From Octopus sinensis (lineage: Eukaryota): a DNA stretch of 64,000 nucleotides. The notes under the pieces were generated by a model that was not told the origin of the DNA, searched no databases, and saw only the letters and a list, made by a program, of their open reading frames with translations. The stretch spans positions 67,456,001-67,520,000 of the forward strand of contig NC_043009.1 of assembly GCF_006345805.1 (NCBI RefSeq), read 5' to 3'. This document shows, one piece after another, positions 26,137-38,984 of this stretch. The position numbers and the translations under genes are program-made. How positions within the stretch are numbered: the stretch's first letter is position 1; every line of letters starts with the position of its first letter.

Positions 26137-27352
26137 GTAAGTGGAGACAAGATATTTGGTGACATATATCAAAATTAACTTCTTTACTTTTAATTACCAG
26201 AAAATATTATTGCTGAGAACCATTTTGTTTTGCAGCTGAAGTCTATAATTTTTTTTCTTTTTTTTTTATTGCCCACAAGGGACTAAACATAGAGGGGACA
26301 AACAAGGACAGACTAAGGGATTAAGTTGATTACATCGACCCCAGTGCGTAACTGGTACTTAATTTATTGACCCCGAAAGGATGAAAGGCAAAGTTGACCT
26401 TGGTGGAATTTGAACTCAGAACGTAGAGACAGACGAAATATCAATAAGCATTTCGCCCAGCATGCTAATGTTTCTGCCAGCTCGCCACCTTTGAAGCCTG
26501 TATAATGGTAACCTGAAGTTTGCAGGGAATTTTAAAATTGAATGAAATAGTGAAATATTACTCAGACACGTAGATATTTCTATGAAGAAAGTATCAAGTT
26601 CTTTGAAGAAAATCAGGCCAAAATCTTGAACATTTATGAAGCTGTTTCATTGTATTTAGATCTCCATTTTTACAACTTCCACATCAAGTTCAGATTTATA
26701 TTTGTGTTATTTTATATCAGTCTTGATAGGGAACACCCAGTTAAATGTATTTTATATTCAAACCCAGTATATCTTGGATTACATTATCAATGTGTTCTTT
26801 TCTTTTAACTCAAAAGAAAGTAATTTGGAGCACTTTTAGCTGCTATTTCTTGTATGCTGAGAATCACCATGTATGCGTCCTTGTTGTGTCCTCATTAAGT
26901 ACTGTATAAATGTAGTTGCCTGCGTATAACTTAAAAAAGGTTCGTACATAAAATTATAATCGGGTGTTCTAGTTTGACCATTTAGCAGTTAATCTAGTCT
27001 AAATATTCTGCCTGTTTTATGTTAAAACAGACCATATCCAACTTCTCACACCTACCCAACAATGTCAATCTAAAAATAAACAATCACATCATCAAAATCT
27101 CAAAGACATGAGATAATCCCTGATTAATTCCAAACAATGTGAATAAACTAGGAATACATTCAACAGAGTTACCTGAAAGCTGAAGGGTTAAACACGGCCG
27201 ATTAGAGAATGGCTTGATTTGTGTCATAGAAGCAGGTGGGGTCTTAGATATGTTGTTATGAAACAATTTAGTCTGGTTTAAGATTGAGTTAAAGTTTTAA
27301 TCAAATACACATCGTTGTAGGCTGAATTCCAATTTCAATTTTTTTCTTGCAG

Positions 27353-27445
27353 AGAATCGGGCATGGTGAAGACAAACACTCAGATGCTGACCGTTCTCCT
27401 GTATTTTTGCAGTTTATTGACTGTGTGTGGCAAATGGCCAATCAG
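27353..27445 (+). CDS. MTMR2: MTMR2 exon, SID region ([31 protein letters not shown])
   Basis: ttgcag acceptor, CAG|gtaatt donor, 93 bp. Confidence 0.97.
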
Positions 27446-28632
27446 GTAATTAATCTTAAAATCTGGACAATGGACAGGAGTACAGTAATAAGAACAATAA
27501 TAAATGATTGAAGAACAAATATATGGTGCATGTGTTTATTTGGCAAAAAAACCCAAAAAGAAAAAAAAATATTACCATTCTGAAATATAACAAAATCTTA
27601 AAATCACTGTTCTTTAATTAATGATGTAATACAAAGAACATTAGAGTGAAATGGTTATCGGTAATCACCTTCACTAATTAGGTTTGAGGGTGATTTGATC
27701 ATCATATTGTGACTTAAAGGGATGATAAAATACTGTACAGATTACAAGATTAAATGTATTGAGACTTGGAGAACTGATTAAAACTGATGGACTGGGGTTG
27801 ACTCCTTGTTACCTTTTTTAGTTCTGTGGCAGAAGTGCAGCTCAGCACTGAAGACTAACAAATATAAAACCCATGCTGTAGGTTCCCAAAGTACTTGTCT
27901 ACAGCCAAATAGACTGAGCTTTTATCGGCCCGGGGCTATAGCATAAGACACTTGCCCAAGATGCCACACTGTGGGACTGAACCACTGCGTGGCATCTTGG
28001 GCAAGTGTCTTCTGCTATAGCCCTGGGCCGACCAAAGCCTTGTGAGTGGATTTGGTAGACGGAAACTGAAAGAAGCCTGTCGTATATATGTATATATATG
28101 TATGTGTGTGTGTGTATATGTTTGTGTGCCTGTGTTTGTCCCCCTAGCATTGCTTGACAACCGATGCTGGTGTGTTTACGTCCCCGTCACTTAGCGGTTC
28201 GGCAAAAGAGACCGATAGAATAAGTACTGGGCTTACAAAGAATAAGTCCCGGGGTCGATTTGCTCGACTAAAGGCGGTGCTCCAGCATGGCTGCAGTCAA
28301 ATGACTGAAACAAGTAAAAGAGTATATATATATATATATATGTAGCTGTAGAAACCATGCCAAAGCAGACATTGTATTGATGCTCCAATGTCTGCTTTGG
28401 CATGGTTTCTACAGCTACGTGCCCTTATATATATATATATCATCATCATCATCATCATGGACGCTAAACGATGACGATGATGATGATGATGATATATATA
28501 TATATAAGGGCACGTAGCTGTAGAAACCATGTCAAAGCAGACATTGGAGCATCAATACAGGTGTCAGATCTTTCAGATTCTGTAAAACCATCCAACTCAT
28601 GCCAATAGAGAAGATGGATCTTAACAGATGAA

Positions 28633-28673
<41 letters not shown>

Positions 28674-28955
28674 TTTATTTGTGTGTGTGTCTGTGTGTGT
28701 GTGGTCCTCTGGTCACATGGCTGGTGTAAAGTATCTCTGTAAGCATTCTAGCATCAGGGAATTGATTGTAATGTCTTTATGTAGCACGTAAATAAGCACC
28801 AATTACTCTCATGGAAGGGCATCCGGCCATAGGAACCTTGCTAAACCAAACAGGTTACCGGTTTTCAGCCAAACCATCTAACCCATGCCAGCATGGAAAG
28901 CAGACGTTAAACGACGATGACGACCATTAATGCTTCTTTTTTTGTTTGATTTCAG

Positions 28956-29069
28956 TTTCCAATTGCTTTTGAATTCAACGAATACTTCTTGATTACCATC
29001 ATGGACCATCTGTATTCCTGCCTCTTTGGAACATTCTTGTACAATTCGGAACAACAACGAGTCAAAGAG
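28956..29069 (+). CDS. MTMR2: MTMR2 exon ([38 protein letters not shown])
   Basis: tttcag acceptor, GAG|gtacag donor, 114 bp. Confidence 0.97.
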
Positions 29070-29384
29070 GTACAGCATTCAGTTAGAATTTCTCCCTGAA
29101 CACCTCCCACCCCAACCCCCACCCTCCAACCTATTCCATTAATTTCCCATCTGTTGCTTTCTCGTTTTCTTTATCACTCTCTCATCTAAAACTCCCAGAC
29201 TCTCATCATATCATTCACCACTCTACTCTCGCTCTGTCTGCTTCTTTTGACGATGCCTGAAGCCAGCTCAACCCACCCCGGGTGGATGCTGTCTCAAGTC
29301 AAGTCAAGTCTCTGTTATAAGCGATGGAAAAGCATTCAATCTGTCTGTATTCCATTACTGTTTCTTTATTGCTAGCCATCACTC

Positions 29385-29990
29385 TTTCTCTCTCTCTCTC
29401 CCTTCCTTGATCTCTCTCCTTTCTCTCCCTTTATCTCTCTCCTTTCTCTCCCCTCTCCCTCCACCCCCTCTGCCTCTATTTCATTACCCCCTCTCTCTCT
29501 CTCCCTTCCTTTATCTCTCTCTCCTTTCTCTCCCTTTATCTCTCTCCTTTCTCTCCCCTCTCCCTCCACCCCTCTGCCTCTATTTCATTACCCCCTCTCT
29601 CTCTTTCCCTTCCTTTATCTCTCTCTCCCTTCCTTTCTCTCTCTCCTTTCTCTCCCTTCTCCCTCCACCCCTCTGCCTCTATTTCATTACCCCCTCTCTC
29701 TCTCCCTTCCTTTATCTCTCTCTCCCTTCCTTTATCTCTCTCTCTCCTTTCTCTCTCTCCTTTCTCTCCCCTCTCCCTCCACCCCTCTGCCTCTATTTCA
29801 TTACCCCCTCTCTCTCTCCCTTCCTTTATCTCTCTCCTTTCTCTCTCTCCTTTCTCTCCCTTTATCTCTCTCCTTTCTCTCTCTCCTTTCTCTCTCTCCT
29901 TTCTCTCTCTCCTTTCTCTCTCTCCTTTCTCTCCCCTCTCCCTCCACCCCCTGCCTCTATTTCATTACCCCCTCTCTCTCCCTCCCTCTC
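29385..29990. repeat. Polypyrimidine compound repeat with five copies of CCACCCC(T)CTGCCTCTATTTCATTACCCC
   Basis: Seen directly. Confidence 0.9.
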
Positions 29991-30123
29991 TCTGATTGCT
30001 CTGTCTTGCTGACAGTTTCTCTGGAAATATTCAAAGAACACAGATTTATAGAATTCCATGTTTACACTTGTCTCCTCACTCGCTGATCCCCTCTAATCTT
30101 CTCATTCTATTTATTGTATTAAG

Positions 30124-30303
30124 GAACTGAAGACAAAGACCCATTCCCTGTGGGGTTACATCAACAGCAGCGTGGAGGATTATCTTAATCCTCTCTATGC
30201 CACTTACCTAGACCAACATGTCTTACTACCAGTTGCAAGTATGAGGCAGTTAGAACTTTGGATTGGATATTACTGCCGATGGAACCCATGCCTAAGGCCA
30301 CAG
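30124..30303 (+). CDS. MTMR2: MTMR2 exon ([16 protein letters not shown]...[11 protein letters not shown])
   Basis: attaag acceptor, CAG|gtaatt donor, 180 bp. Confidence 0.95.
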
Positions 30304-30606
30304 GTAATTGTTTTGTTCTTCTTCTTAATATTCTTGGAGTTCTTTCGTAAATCTGTTTACCATTTTTTGGTGTGTGTGGATACTCTTTTACTCTTTTACT
30401 CTTCTACTTGTTTCAGTCATTTGACTGAGGCCATGCTGGAGCACCACCTTTAGTTGAGCATATCGACCCCGGGACTTATTCTTTGTAAGCCCAGTACTTA
30501 TTCTATCGGTCTCTTTTTGCCAAACCGCTAAGTGACGGGGACGTAAACACACCAGCATCGGTTGTCAAGCAATGCTAGGAGAACAAACGCAGACACACAC
30601 ACACAT

Positions 30607-30642
<36 letters not shown>

Positions 30643-32763
30643 ATATATACGACAGGCTTCTTTCAGTTTCCGTCTACCAAATCCACTTACAAGGCATTGG
30701 TTTGCCCGGGGCTATAGTAGAAGACACTTGCCCAAGATGCCACGCAGTGGGACTGAACCCGGAACCATGTGGCTGGTTAGCAAGCTACTTACCACACAGC
30801 CACTCCTTTAGCATTTAAACCAACCATGTCTGGCTCAAATATTCTCTCTGTTTTATGTTCAAACTGACCAGATCTGGCCTCTCACACCTATCCTACAGTG
30901 TCATTCTAAAAATAAGCAAAGGCTGCGTGTGTGGCTGTGTGGTAAGAAGTTTGCTTCCCAACCACGTGGCTCTAGGTTCAGTCTCACTGCGTGGCACCTT
31001 GGGTAAGTGTCTTCAGCTGTAGCCCCGGACTGACTGAAGCTTGTGTGTGGATTTGGTAAACGGAAACTGAAAGAAGCCTGTCATGTATACATGTGTGTGT
31101 GTGTGTTTGTTCCCCACCACCACTTGCCAACCGGGGTTGGTGTGTTTATGTCCCTGTGACTTAGTGGTTTGGCAGAAGAGATCAATAAAATAAGAACCAT
31201 ACTTAAAAAGAAAAAAGTACTGAGGTTGATTCATTCGACTAAGAATTCTTCACTGCGGTGCCCCAGCATGGCCACAGTCTAATGACTGATGCAAGTAAAA
31301 GGAAACAGATAAATGACATCATTGAAATCTTGAAGCTATCAGATAATGCCTGATTAATTTAATGCATAATTAATGCATTTAATGCATAATTAATGCATTT
31401 AATGCATAATTTAATGTCATAATTTAATGCATAAATTAATGCACAATTTAATGCATAATTTGATGCATAATTAATTTAATGCCTGATTAATTTAAAACAT
31501 GAATGGATAAGCATTTCATTAGAGAGAGTAATCCAAAGGCTGAAGGGTTAATGTGAGGACTGCATTTAAAGGCTGAGCAAAGAAAGACCCGGTTGGTTTG
31601 GCTGCACATTAAAGCTGTTGGCTGTTTATGTATGGAAGCCAATCACACTGGTAGCACCCAAGGCCTTCTACATGTTTCCCAGTCTACTGGCAGGAGTTGG
31701 AGGAAGAGAGGACGAAGCCACAACTCCCAGGCTGCTGTTGTTATAAAGAGCACCACAGGATGATAGCCATTACTTCCCTGCATTGTCATCATCCCATTGC
31801 CCTGGTCCTTTTCACTCAGTCTCTCTTCTAGCTGCCAAGGAGGAGACAACCCTTTGGTGCTGGGGAACAGACACCGAATGGACACAGAGCAGAGAGGACT
31901 CTTTAGTGTTGCTGTGGACATGGCAACCTCTCTGGTGTTGGTGCTATGATGAAATGCAACCAGCTCACATTGTCCAGTGGTTGGTCATACCTGTTCTCAG
32001 ACCATAGTCCTAGACTCCAACCTTTGCTGCAGCATGCTGGTTTCGTGCCCCATGTCCCATCTCCTGCCTCATCTCACTACTTTTCCTCTCTGTCTGATCA
32101 ACTCCCTTCGAATAAGTCTGCCACCCAGGCACAGGTAGGGTCCAGCTGATGAACTCCTGCAGCTTTTGTCCACCCATTCGTGCTGGCTGTGGTAAGTGCA
32201 GGCGTGGATGTGTGGTTAGCATGCTTGCTTCTCAACCACAGGGCTTTAGGTTCAGTCCCACTGTGTAACACTTTGGATGTGTATCTTTTACTGTTGCCCC
32301 AGGGTGACCAAAACCTTGTGAGTAGATTTGGTAGATGGAAACTGAAAGCAGCCCATCATCCTCACTATCATCATCATCATCATCATTTATCATTTGTGTT
32401 CCATGTTGGCATGGGTTGGATGGTTTGACAGGAGCTGATAAGGCCAAGGGCTGCATTGCGCTTCTGTATCTGTTTTGGCATGGTTTATATGGCTGAATGC
32501 CCTGCTTCAGATAAACACATACGTGCGTGTGTGTGAACACCATCTAAAGTGGTTGGCAACAAGCTGTAGAAACCATACCAAAACAGATACAGAAGCACAA
32601 TGCAGCCCTTGGCCTTATCAGCTCCTGTCAAACATGGAACTGTTTTGTTGGGAAGCAAGCTTCTTATCACACGGCCACGCCTATATCTAATTGTGAAAAT
32701 TATTATTATTATTATTATTTTTTTTTTAATCTTTTTGTCTTTTCGCTCCCATTTCTCTTTTAG

Positions 32764-32961
32764 GAACCAATCCATCTCCGGAATAACGTTTTGCTGAAGC
32801 TGAAGAACCATTTGCAGAAGGAGTACGAGAGTCTCATGAAGGAACAGGAAAGCAGGAACGCTCGCGGCACCAGCAGCAGCAGCAGCAGCCAGGCTGTCAA
32901 TTCCACAGCCTCAATATCTTCGAGTTCAGCTCAGAGGGTAGCATCTCCCGTCAGCACCTGA
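32764..32961 (+). CDS. MTMR2: MTMR2 last coding exon, coiled coil plus Ser-rich tail ([28 protein letters not shown]...RVASPVST*)
   Basis: ttttag acceptor, TGA at 32959-32961. The 16 exons total 1782 nt (593 aa plus stop) with no internal stop. Confidence 0.92.
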   Translation, partial: EPIHLRNNVLLKLKNHLQKEYESLMKEQESRNARGTSSSSSSQAVNSTASISSSSAQRVASPVST

Positions 32962-33099
32962 GACTAACGAAACGGTCTCCAGAAACGATTTTTAAAGAAT
33001 ATATAGAAAATGCAAAAATAAAACTAAAAATTATGTGTATTGAAGTATAAAAAAAACAAAAAAACAATGCGAGCATGCTTGTGTATATGCTTGTATGAG

Positions 33100-33362
33100 T
33101 GGTGCTTGTGTGTGTGTGTATATATATATATGTATATATATGTGTGTATGTGTGTGTGTGTGAATAAATAAATGCGTATGTGTTTTTACATATATGATTA
33201 TATATATGTATACATACATTGTTACATACGCATACAAGTACACTCTCAGACACATATATGAAACATAAACACTCACATATGTATATATGTATACACATGT
33301 ATGTATGCATGCATGTATATGTATGTACGTATGTGTATGTATATATATATGTGTGTGTATGT

Positions 33363-33397
<35 letters not shown>

Positions 33398-33768
33398 CAT
33401 GTATGTATATATATGTATGTATACATATATGTATGTATATATATGTATGTATACATATATGTATGTATATATATATATGTATGTATACATACATATATGT
33501 ATGTATGTGTGTATATATGTGTATGTATATATATATATATATATATGTGTATACATGTGTATGTATGTAATATGTATATGTATGTATGTATATATATTGT
33601 GTTTATGTATATATATATATGGATGTATATATATATATATATATGTGGGTATGTATGTATGTATGTATGTATATGTATGTATGTATGTATATATATATAT
33701 GTATGTATATATATATATGTATGTATATATATATATATGTATGTATATATATATATATTATATGTATG

Positions 33769-33803
<35 letters not shown>

Positions 33804-34225
33804 TATATACATACATATACATATATATATACATACATATACATATATATACATACATATACATATATGTATATATACATACATACATATATATATACAT
33901 ATACATATATATATACATACATATATGTATATATATACATATATATATATACATACATATATATATATACATACATACATACATATACATACATATACAT
34001 ACATACCCACATATATATATATATATATACATCCATATATATATACATAAACACAATATATATACATACATACATATACATATACATACATACACATGTA
34101 TACACATATATATATATATATACATACACATATATACACACATACATACATATATGTATGTATACATACATATATATATATACATACATATATGTATACA
34201 TACATATATATACATACATATATGT

Positions 34226-34259
<34 letters not shown>

Positions 34260-34678
34260 GTATATGTATATGTATATATATATATGTATATGTATGTATA
34301 TATATATATATATGTATATGTATGTATATGTATGTATATATATATATGTATATGTATGTATATATATATATATGTATATGTATATGTATATGTATGTATG
34401 TATATATATATGTATGTATGTATATATATGTATATGTATATGTGTATATGTATGTATATGTATGTATATATATGTATATGTATATGTGTATATGTATGCA
34501 TATGTATATATATATGTATATGTATGTATATATATGTATATATATGTGTACGTATATATATATATATATATATATACATACATACACATATATATATATA
34601 TACATACGTATGTATATATATATATGTATATATATGTATCTGTATGTATATATCTATATATATATATGTATATATTTG

Positions 34679-34730
<52 letters not shown>

Positions 34731-34834
34731 ATAATGTATGTATATATATATGTGTATGTATGTATGTATATATGTATGTATGTATATATAATATGTATGT
34801 ATATGTATATATATATTATATATATATATGTATG

Positions 34835-34876
<42 letters not shown>

Positions 34877-34980
34877 TGTATGTATGTATAAATATGTGTG
34901 TGTGTATGTATGTATGTATGTATATATATATGTATGTATGTATATGTATATATATGTATATGTGTATATATATTTATGTA
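33100..34980. repeat. Compound (TA)/(TATG)/(TACA) microsatellite containing a long internal inverted repeat
   Basis: Low-complexity sequence with unique marker words mirrored about ~33825. Confidence 0.9.
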
Positions 34981-35821
34981 TGAACTCCACTCTCGTATGA
35001 TTGAAGATCTTTTTTTGTAAATATTGGAAAACAAAAGCCTTAACAAATAACATTGAAATGCTGCAAAAAAACAAAACAAAAACTCGACATCACTTTCTTA
35101 TTTGAGCTACACATATTACTCCCATACACATACGCACATAAACATTTATAGGTCACGCATTTACAGATACACACATGTAAATCTATCTATCTGTCTGTCT
35201 GTCTACACACATATATAATTCACTTAATAGCGGGATGCGAAGCTCAACAAAAATGGCCTTTGTTATGAGATTACAAAACCATGATATTAGTCAGTATTCT
35301 TGTCTATTATAATATAATACTTGTATTTTATTTATTCTCTTTTGTTTTCTCTAAAAAATTCTTCAGTTAAGAATTCTGCCCTTTTTTTTGACTCTGGGAT
35401 ACCCAGCAAGTACGTGGTTTTACCAGTATGCATGTGGAATAAATGTCTGTTGATACTTCAAGTGCATCTTGCTTGCTCTTCTCCTTCATGTGCCCCATGG
35501 CCTGTTAAGGACTTTCTTTCTTCCTTGTAACCCACACCAGAACACAGGGGCAAAGCGAATAAAAATTTTAAACTGCACACAACAAGCAATCTTTCAAACG
35601 CTGCACTGATGCACTTGAAACTCTCTATGAGAGGCTGTGCTTTCTATGTGCCCTGATTGAGCAGGAAGAGCTAAGGTTCATCATATGGGTTATCATTATC
35701 TTAAGTTTGCCTTCATCTATTTAAGAACTCTGTGTGTGTGTGTGTGTGTGTGATTTTGCATACATATGGATACATACAAACATAAAGTTAAAAACTTGGT
35801 AATATCTTATATACACATGTA

Positions 35822-36050
35822 AAGGCGGTGAGCTGGCAGAAACGTTAGCATGCTGGGCGAAATGCTTAGCGGTATTTCGTCTGCTGTTATGTTCTGAGTT
35901 CAAATTCCGCCGAGGTCGACTTTGCCTTTCATCCTTTCAGGGTCAATAAATTAAGTACCAGTTACACACTGGGGTCGATGTAATCGACTTAATCCATTTT
36001 TCTGTCCTTGTTTGTCCCCTCTGTGTTTAGTCCCTTGTGGGCAGTAAAGA
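35822..36050 (+). mobile_element. tRNA-headed SINE family B; other copies at about 4240-4400, 5990-6175, 14480-14700, 14900-15110, 26290-26490, 45400-46000, 60495-60680
   Basis: Repeated GGCGGTGAGCTGGCAGAA...GAGTTCAAATTCC head and AATTAAGTACCAG body. Confidence 0.8.
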
Positions 36051-38984
36051 AACAAATATATTATATACACATGTAGAAGAGGTGTGTGTGTGTGTGTGTG
36101 TATCGAGTGCAATAGATGCCATGTGGCAACTGGGATTTCACTGATGGCATTAAATTTCTTTGTAATGTATAAAATACACACACATGCGTGCATACACATA
36201 TACCTTCATGCATGCACACACATATACCTTCATGCATGCACACACACAGACATGCTTGTGTTTGAAGTGTTTAGTTTGAGATTGGCATCTACTTCTATGC
36301 ATCTCTGAATATATTCACACGCATATACACATGAACATAAACATATTTTTACATATGCACACACACACACGCGTTACCATCAAATATACATACACTATGT
36401 ATGTGTGTGTGAGTGTAATGTTTGAGAGAGAGAGAGAGGGAGGGAGGGAGGGAGAAAAACTAGCTGTTTGTATGCAAATGAATCTTATCATATCTCTGAA
36501 CTATTATTTTAATTAAAAGCAGTGGGTGTTTCGAATAAGAACCATGGAGGTTAAATGCATTCTGGAATTCCTGTCCATTTCTCGTGGTTCCACATTCAAA
36601 TTCCATCCAGATAGGGTTGATAAAATAACTCTAAATGCTTAATTGGAATCAATCTAATTATAACTTTTCTTTCATCCCACCAAACACTTGTTGTTCAATA
36701 ATTACTCTTTTAATTATCATTGCAAAAATAAACCCAAAAAGCAAACAAAGACCCAAAAATTCAGTGCTTCATTTTTTTTTTTAAATAATTTTATACTGCA
36801 TTTTGTGTGCAAGCTTTTGTGTGTCAACAATAAATATATTTTATCTTAAATTTTACATGTTTAACCTTATTTATTGTAAAAAAATAATAAATCTATTCGA
36901 GATTTAGAAAACTTGTTTGACTTGACACTGTGAATATCAACCTTTGGATTACTCTCTCAAATGAAATGCTTATCCATTCATGTTTTAAATTAATCAGGCA
37001 TTATCTCATAGCTTCAAGATTTCAATGATGTCTTTTTGCCTGTTTCCTTTTACTTGCATCAGTCATTAGACTGTGGCCATGCTGGGGCACCGCAGTGAAG
37101 AATTCTTAGTTGAATGAATCAACCTCAGTACTTTTTCTAAGAGAAATAAACATGGGAGATGCCTTGCCCCATGTAAAAAGTACAGGAGCTACTCAGAGGT
37201 TTTATAGGCTCTTTTAAATCCACTGCAATGCTGGAATCCCTTCCATATCATCAGCAGGTGTCTCAGGGTCATTTTGTTCCTTAGTCTATATGCCTCACCT
37301 ATGTGGGGCAGCGGGAACAGAGCTTGCCTTTGCCTACAGAGAATATAACATATGCTAAGTTATATGCTATAGAAAGAGGTCTTAAGTAAAATCGTTATCA
37401 ATATAAAATGCTTAATGTGTTGTGTGTGTGCCATTCTGTATTTCACCGTTGTTGCAGCTTGTCAGTGTCTTGTTATATATATATACACACGCATACTAGC
37501 AGATATACTCGGCGTTGCTCAACATTTAAATAACATAGTTTGTATATATGTTACAGTTAAGCTGGAACATGTGATATGGGGAAGTACAACATCATCATCA
37601 TCATCATCATCATCACCATTTAACATCCGTTCTCCATGCTAGCATGGGTTGGACGGTTCGACCGGGGATCTGGGAAGCCAGAAGGCTGCACCAGGCTCCA
37701 GTCTTATCTGGCAATGTTTCTACAGCTGGATGCCCTTCCTAACGCCAACCACTCCGTGAGTGTAGTGGGTGCTTTTACGTGCCACCTGCACAGGTGCCAG
37801 GCGAGGCTGGCAACGGCCACGGTCGGATTTGTGCATTTTACGTGCCACAGGCACGGAAGCCAGTTGAGGTGGCACTGGCATCGGCCACGATTCGGATGGT
37901 GCTTTTTACGTGCCACCGGCACAGAAGCCAGTCGGCGATTGATGATAAAACATTTGTGGAGTAGATGAAGGGCTAATTTGATGAAATGACGTCATGCATC
38001 TGTTTGGAAGATTCCAGGCCTTAACCTTGTCATGGAAAAGTTGGTGGGGGTATTTGTTTTTTGAATGCGCCAAAAAGCTCTGAGGATATGCTCTCCTTTG
38101 TGGCTGTTGGCGCTGCTGCTACCATGCTGAATAATCAGCAGACATAGGAACTACATCTGTGTGATAAATTAAGCCTGTGGGTGTGCTCAGCAACCCCACA
38201 TGAAAGAAATGACATGGTAAGGGGGTGGGATTGACAAGGAAGCACTTGAAAACAACCACTGTCATGATATTTCGGTTCGGAATGAATAGTTGTGGCTAAA
38301 CCATGTACCCCTTCACGTAAGCATCATGTGACCATTCTGAGGACAGCTCAGCTCCCAAATGAAAACAGTTCTGCATGCAGCATAGGGGTATGCAAGGTCA
38401 CATTAAGGACACGGTCTGTAACAAATGTGTCCAAATGCAATTGCAATCACCCACTCGCACAAAAGTGCAGGATGTTACCAGGAAAGCTTCTAGATACCTG
38501 ATAAAGTTCAGACACCCCAACCCAATCTGAGCATGGATGGCCACTTGCCTAAATGCTCTGCTTTCACTGCCTCTCACAGCCAACATTACCAATTTTGTCT
38601 GGATCTAGAAAGACTTATTGTATCTGGAGATCCAAGCATTTCCAGAACAGTTTTGTCTCTGCACCACCCAATCGTGACTGATTACGTTTATCATTATACA
38701 TTATTGTTGTCACAAATGTGCACTCGCTGTAAATTCTTATCTTGCCAATGGCTACAACATCTATGCCCAGTTCCAAGGTCTGTAAAAGAATCTGGAAGGT
38801 TTGGCCTCCAACCAGGCCTTTCCCAAGACCCTTAAAGCCAGGAACTTTTCAGCAACCCCTTGTATGTTCTCTGCTTGTTTGCCTGCAATTCATTTGCACT
38901 TCATGCATCCATTGGGTACAGTATATGGAATTTACACCTTTTCTGCATACCAGGGTCCTGTATTTTGCCTAATTACTAAAACCT

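Noticed and set aside
29407-30012. 201-aa Leu/Ser/Pro ORF
   Set aside because: Translation of the polypyrimidine repeat.
32951-35079. Long YI/YT/CI-rich ORFs up to 593 aa
   Set aside because: Translations of TA-rich microsatellite. The same applies to 52275-52980, 53533-55644, 57174-58722 and 61385-62026.
38290-38980. Short ORFs upstream of the decayed RTE
   Set aside because: No recognisable motif or consistent splice frame; probably old repeat.
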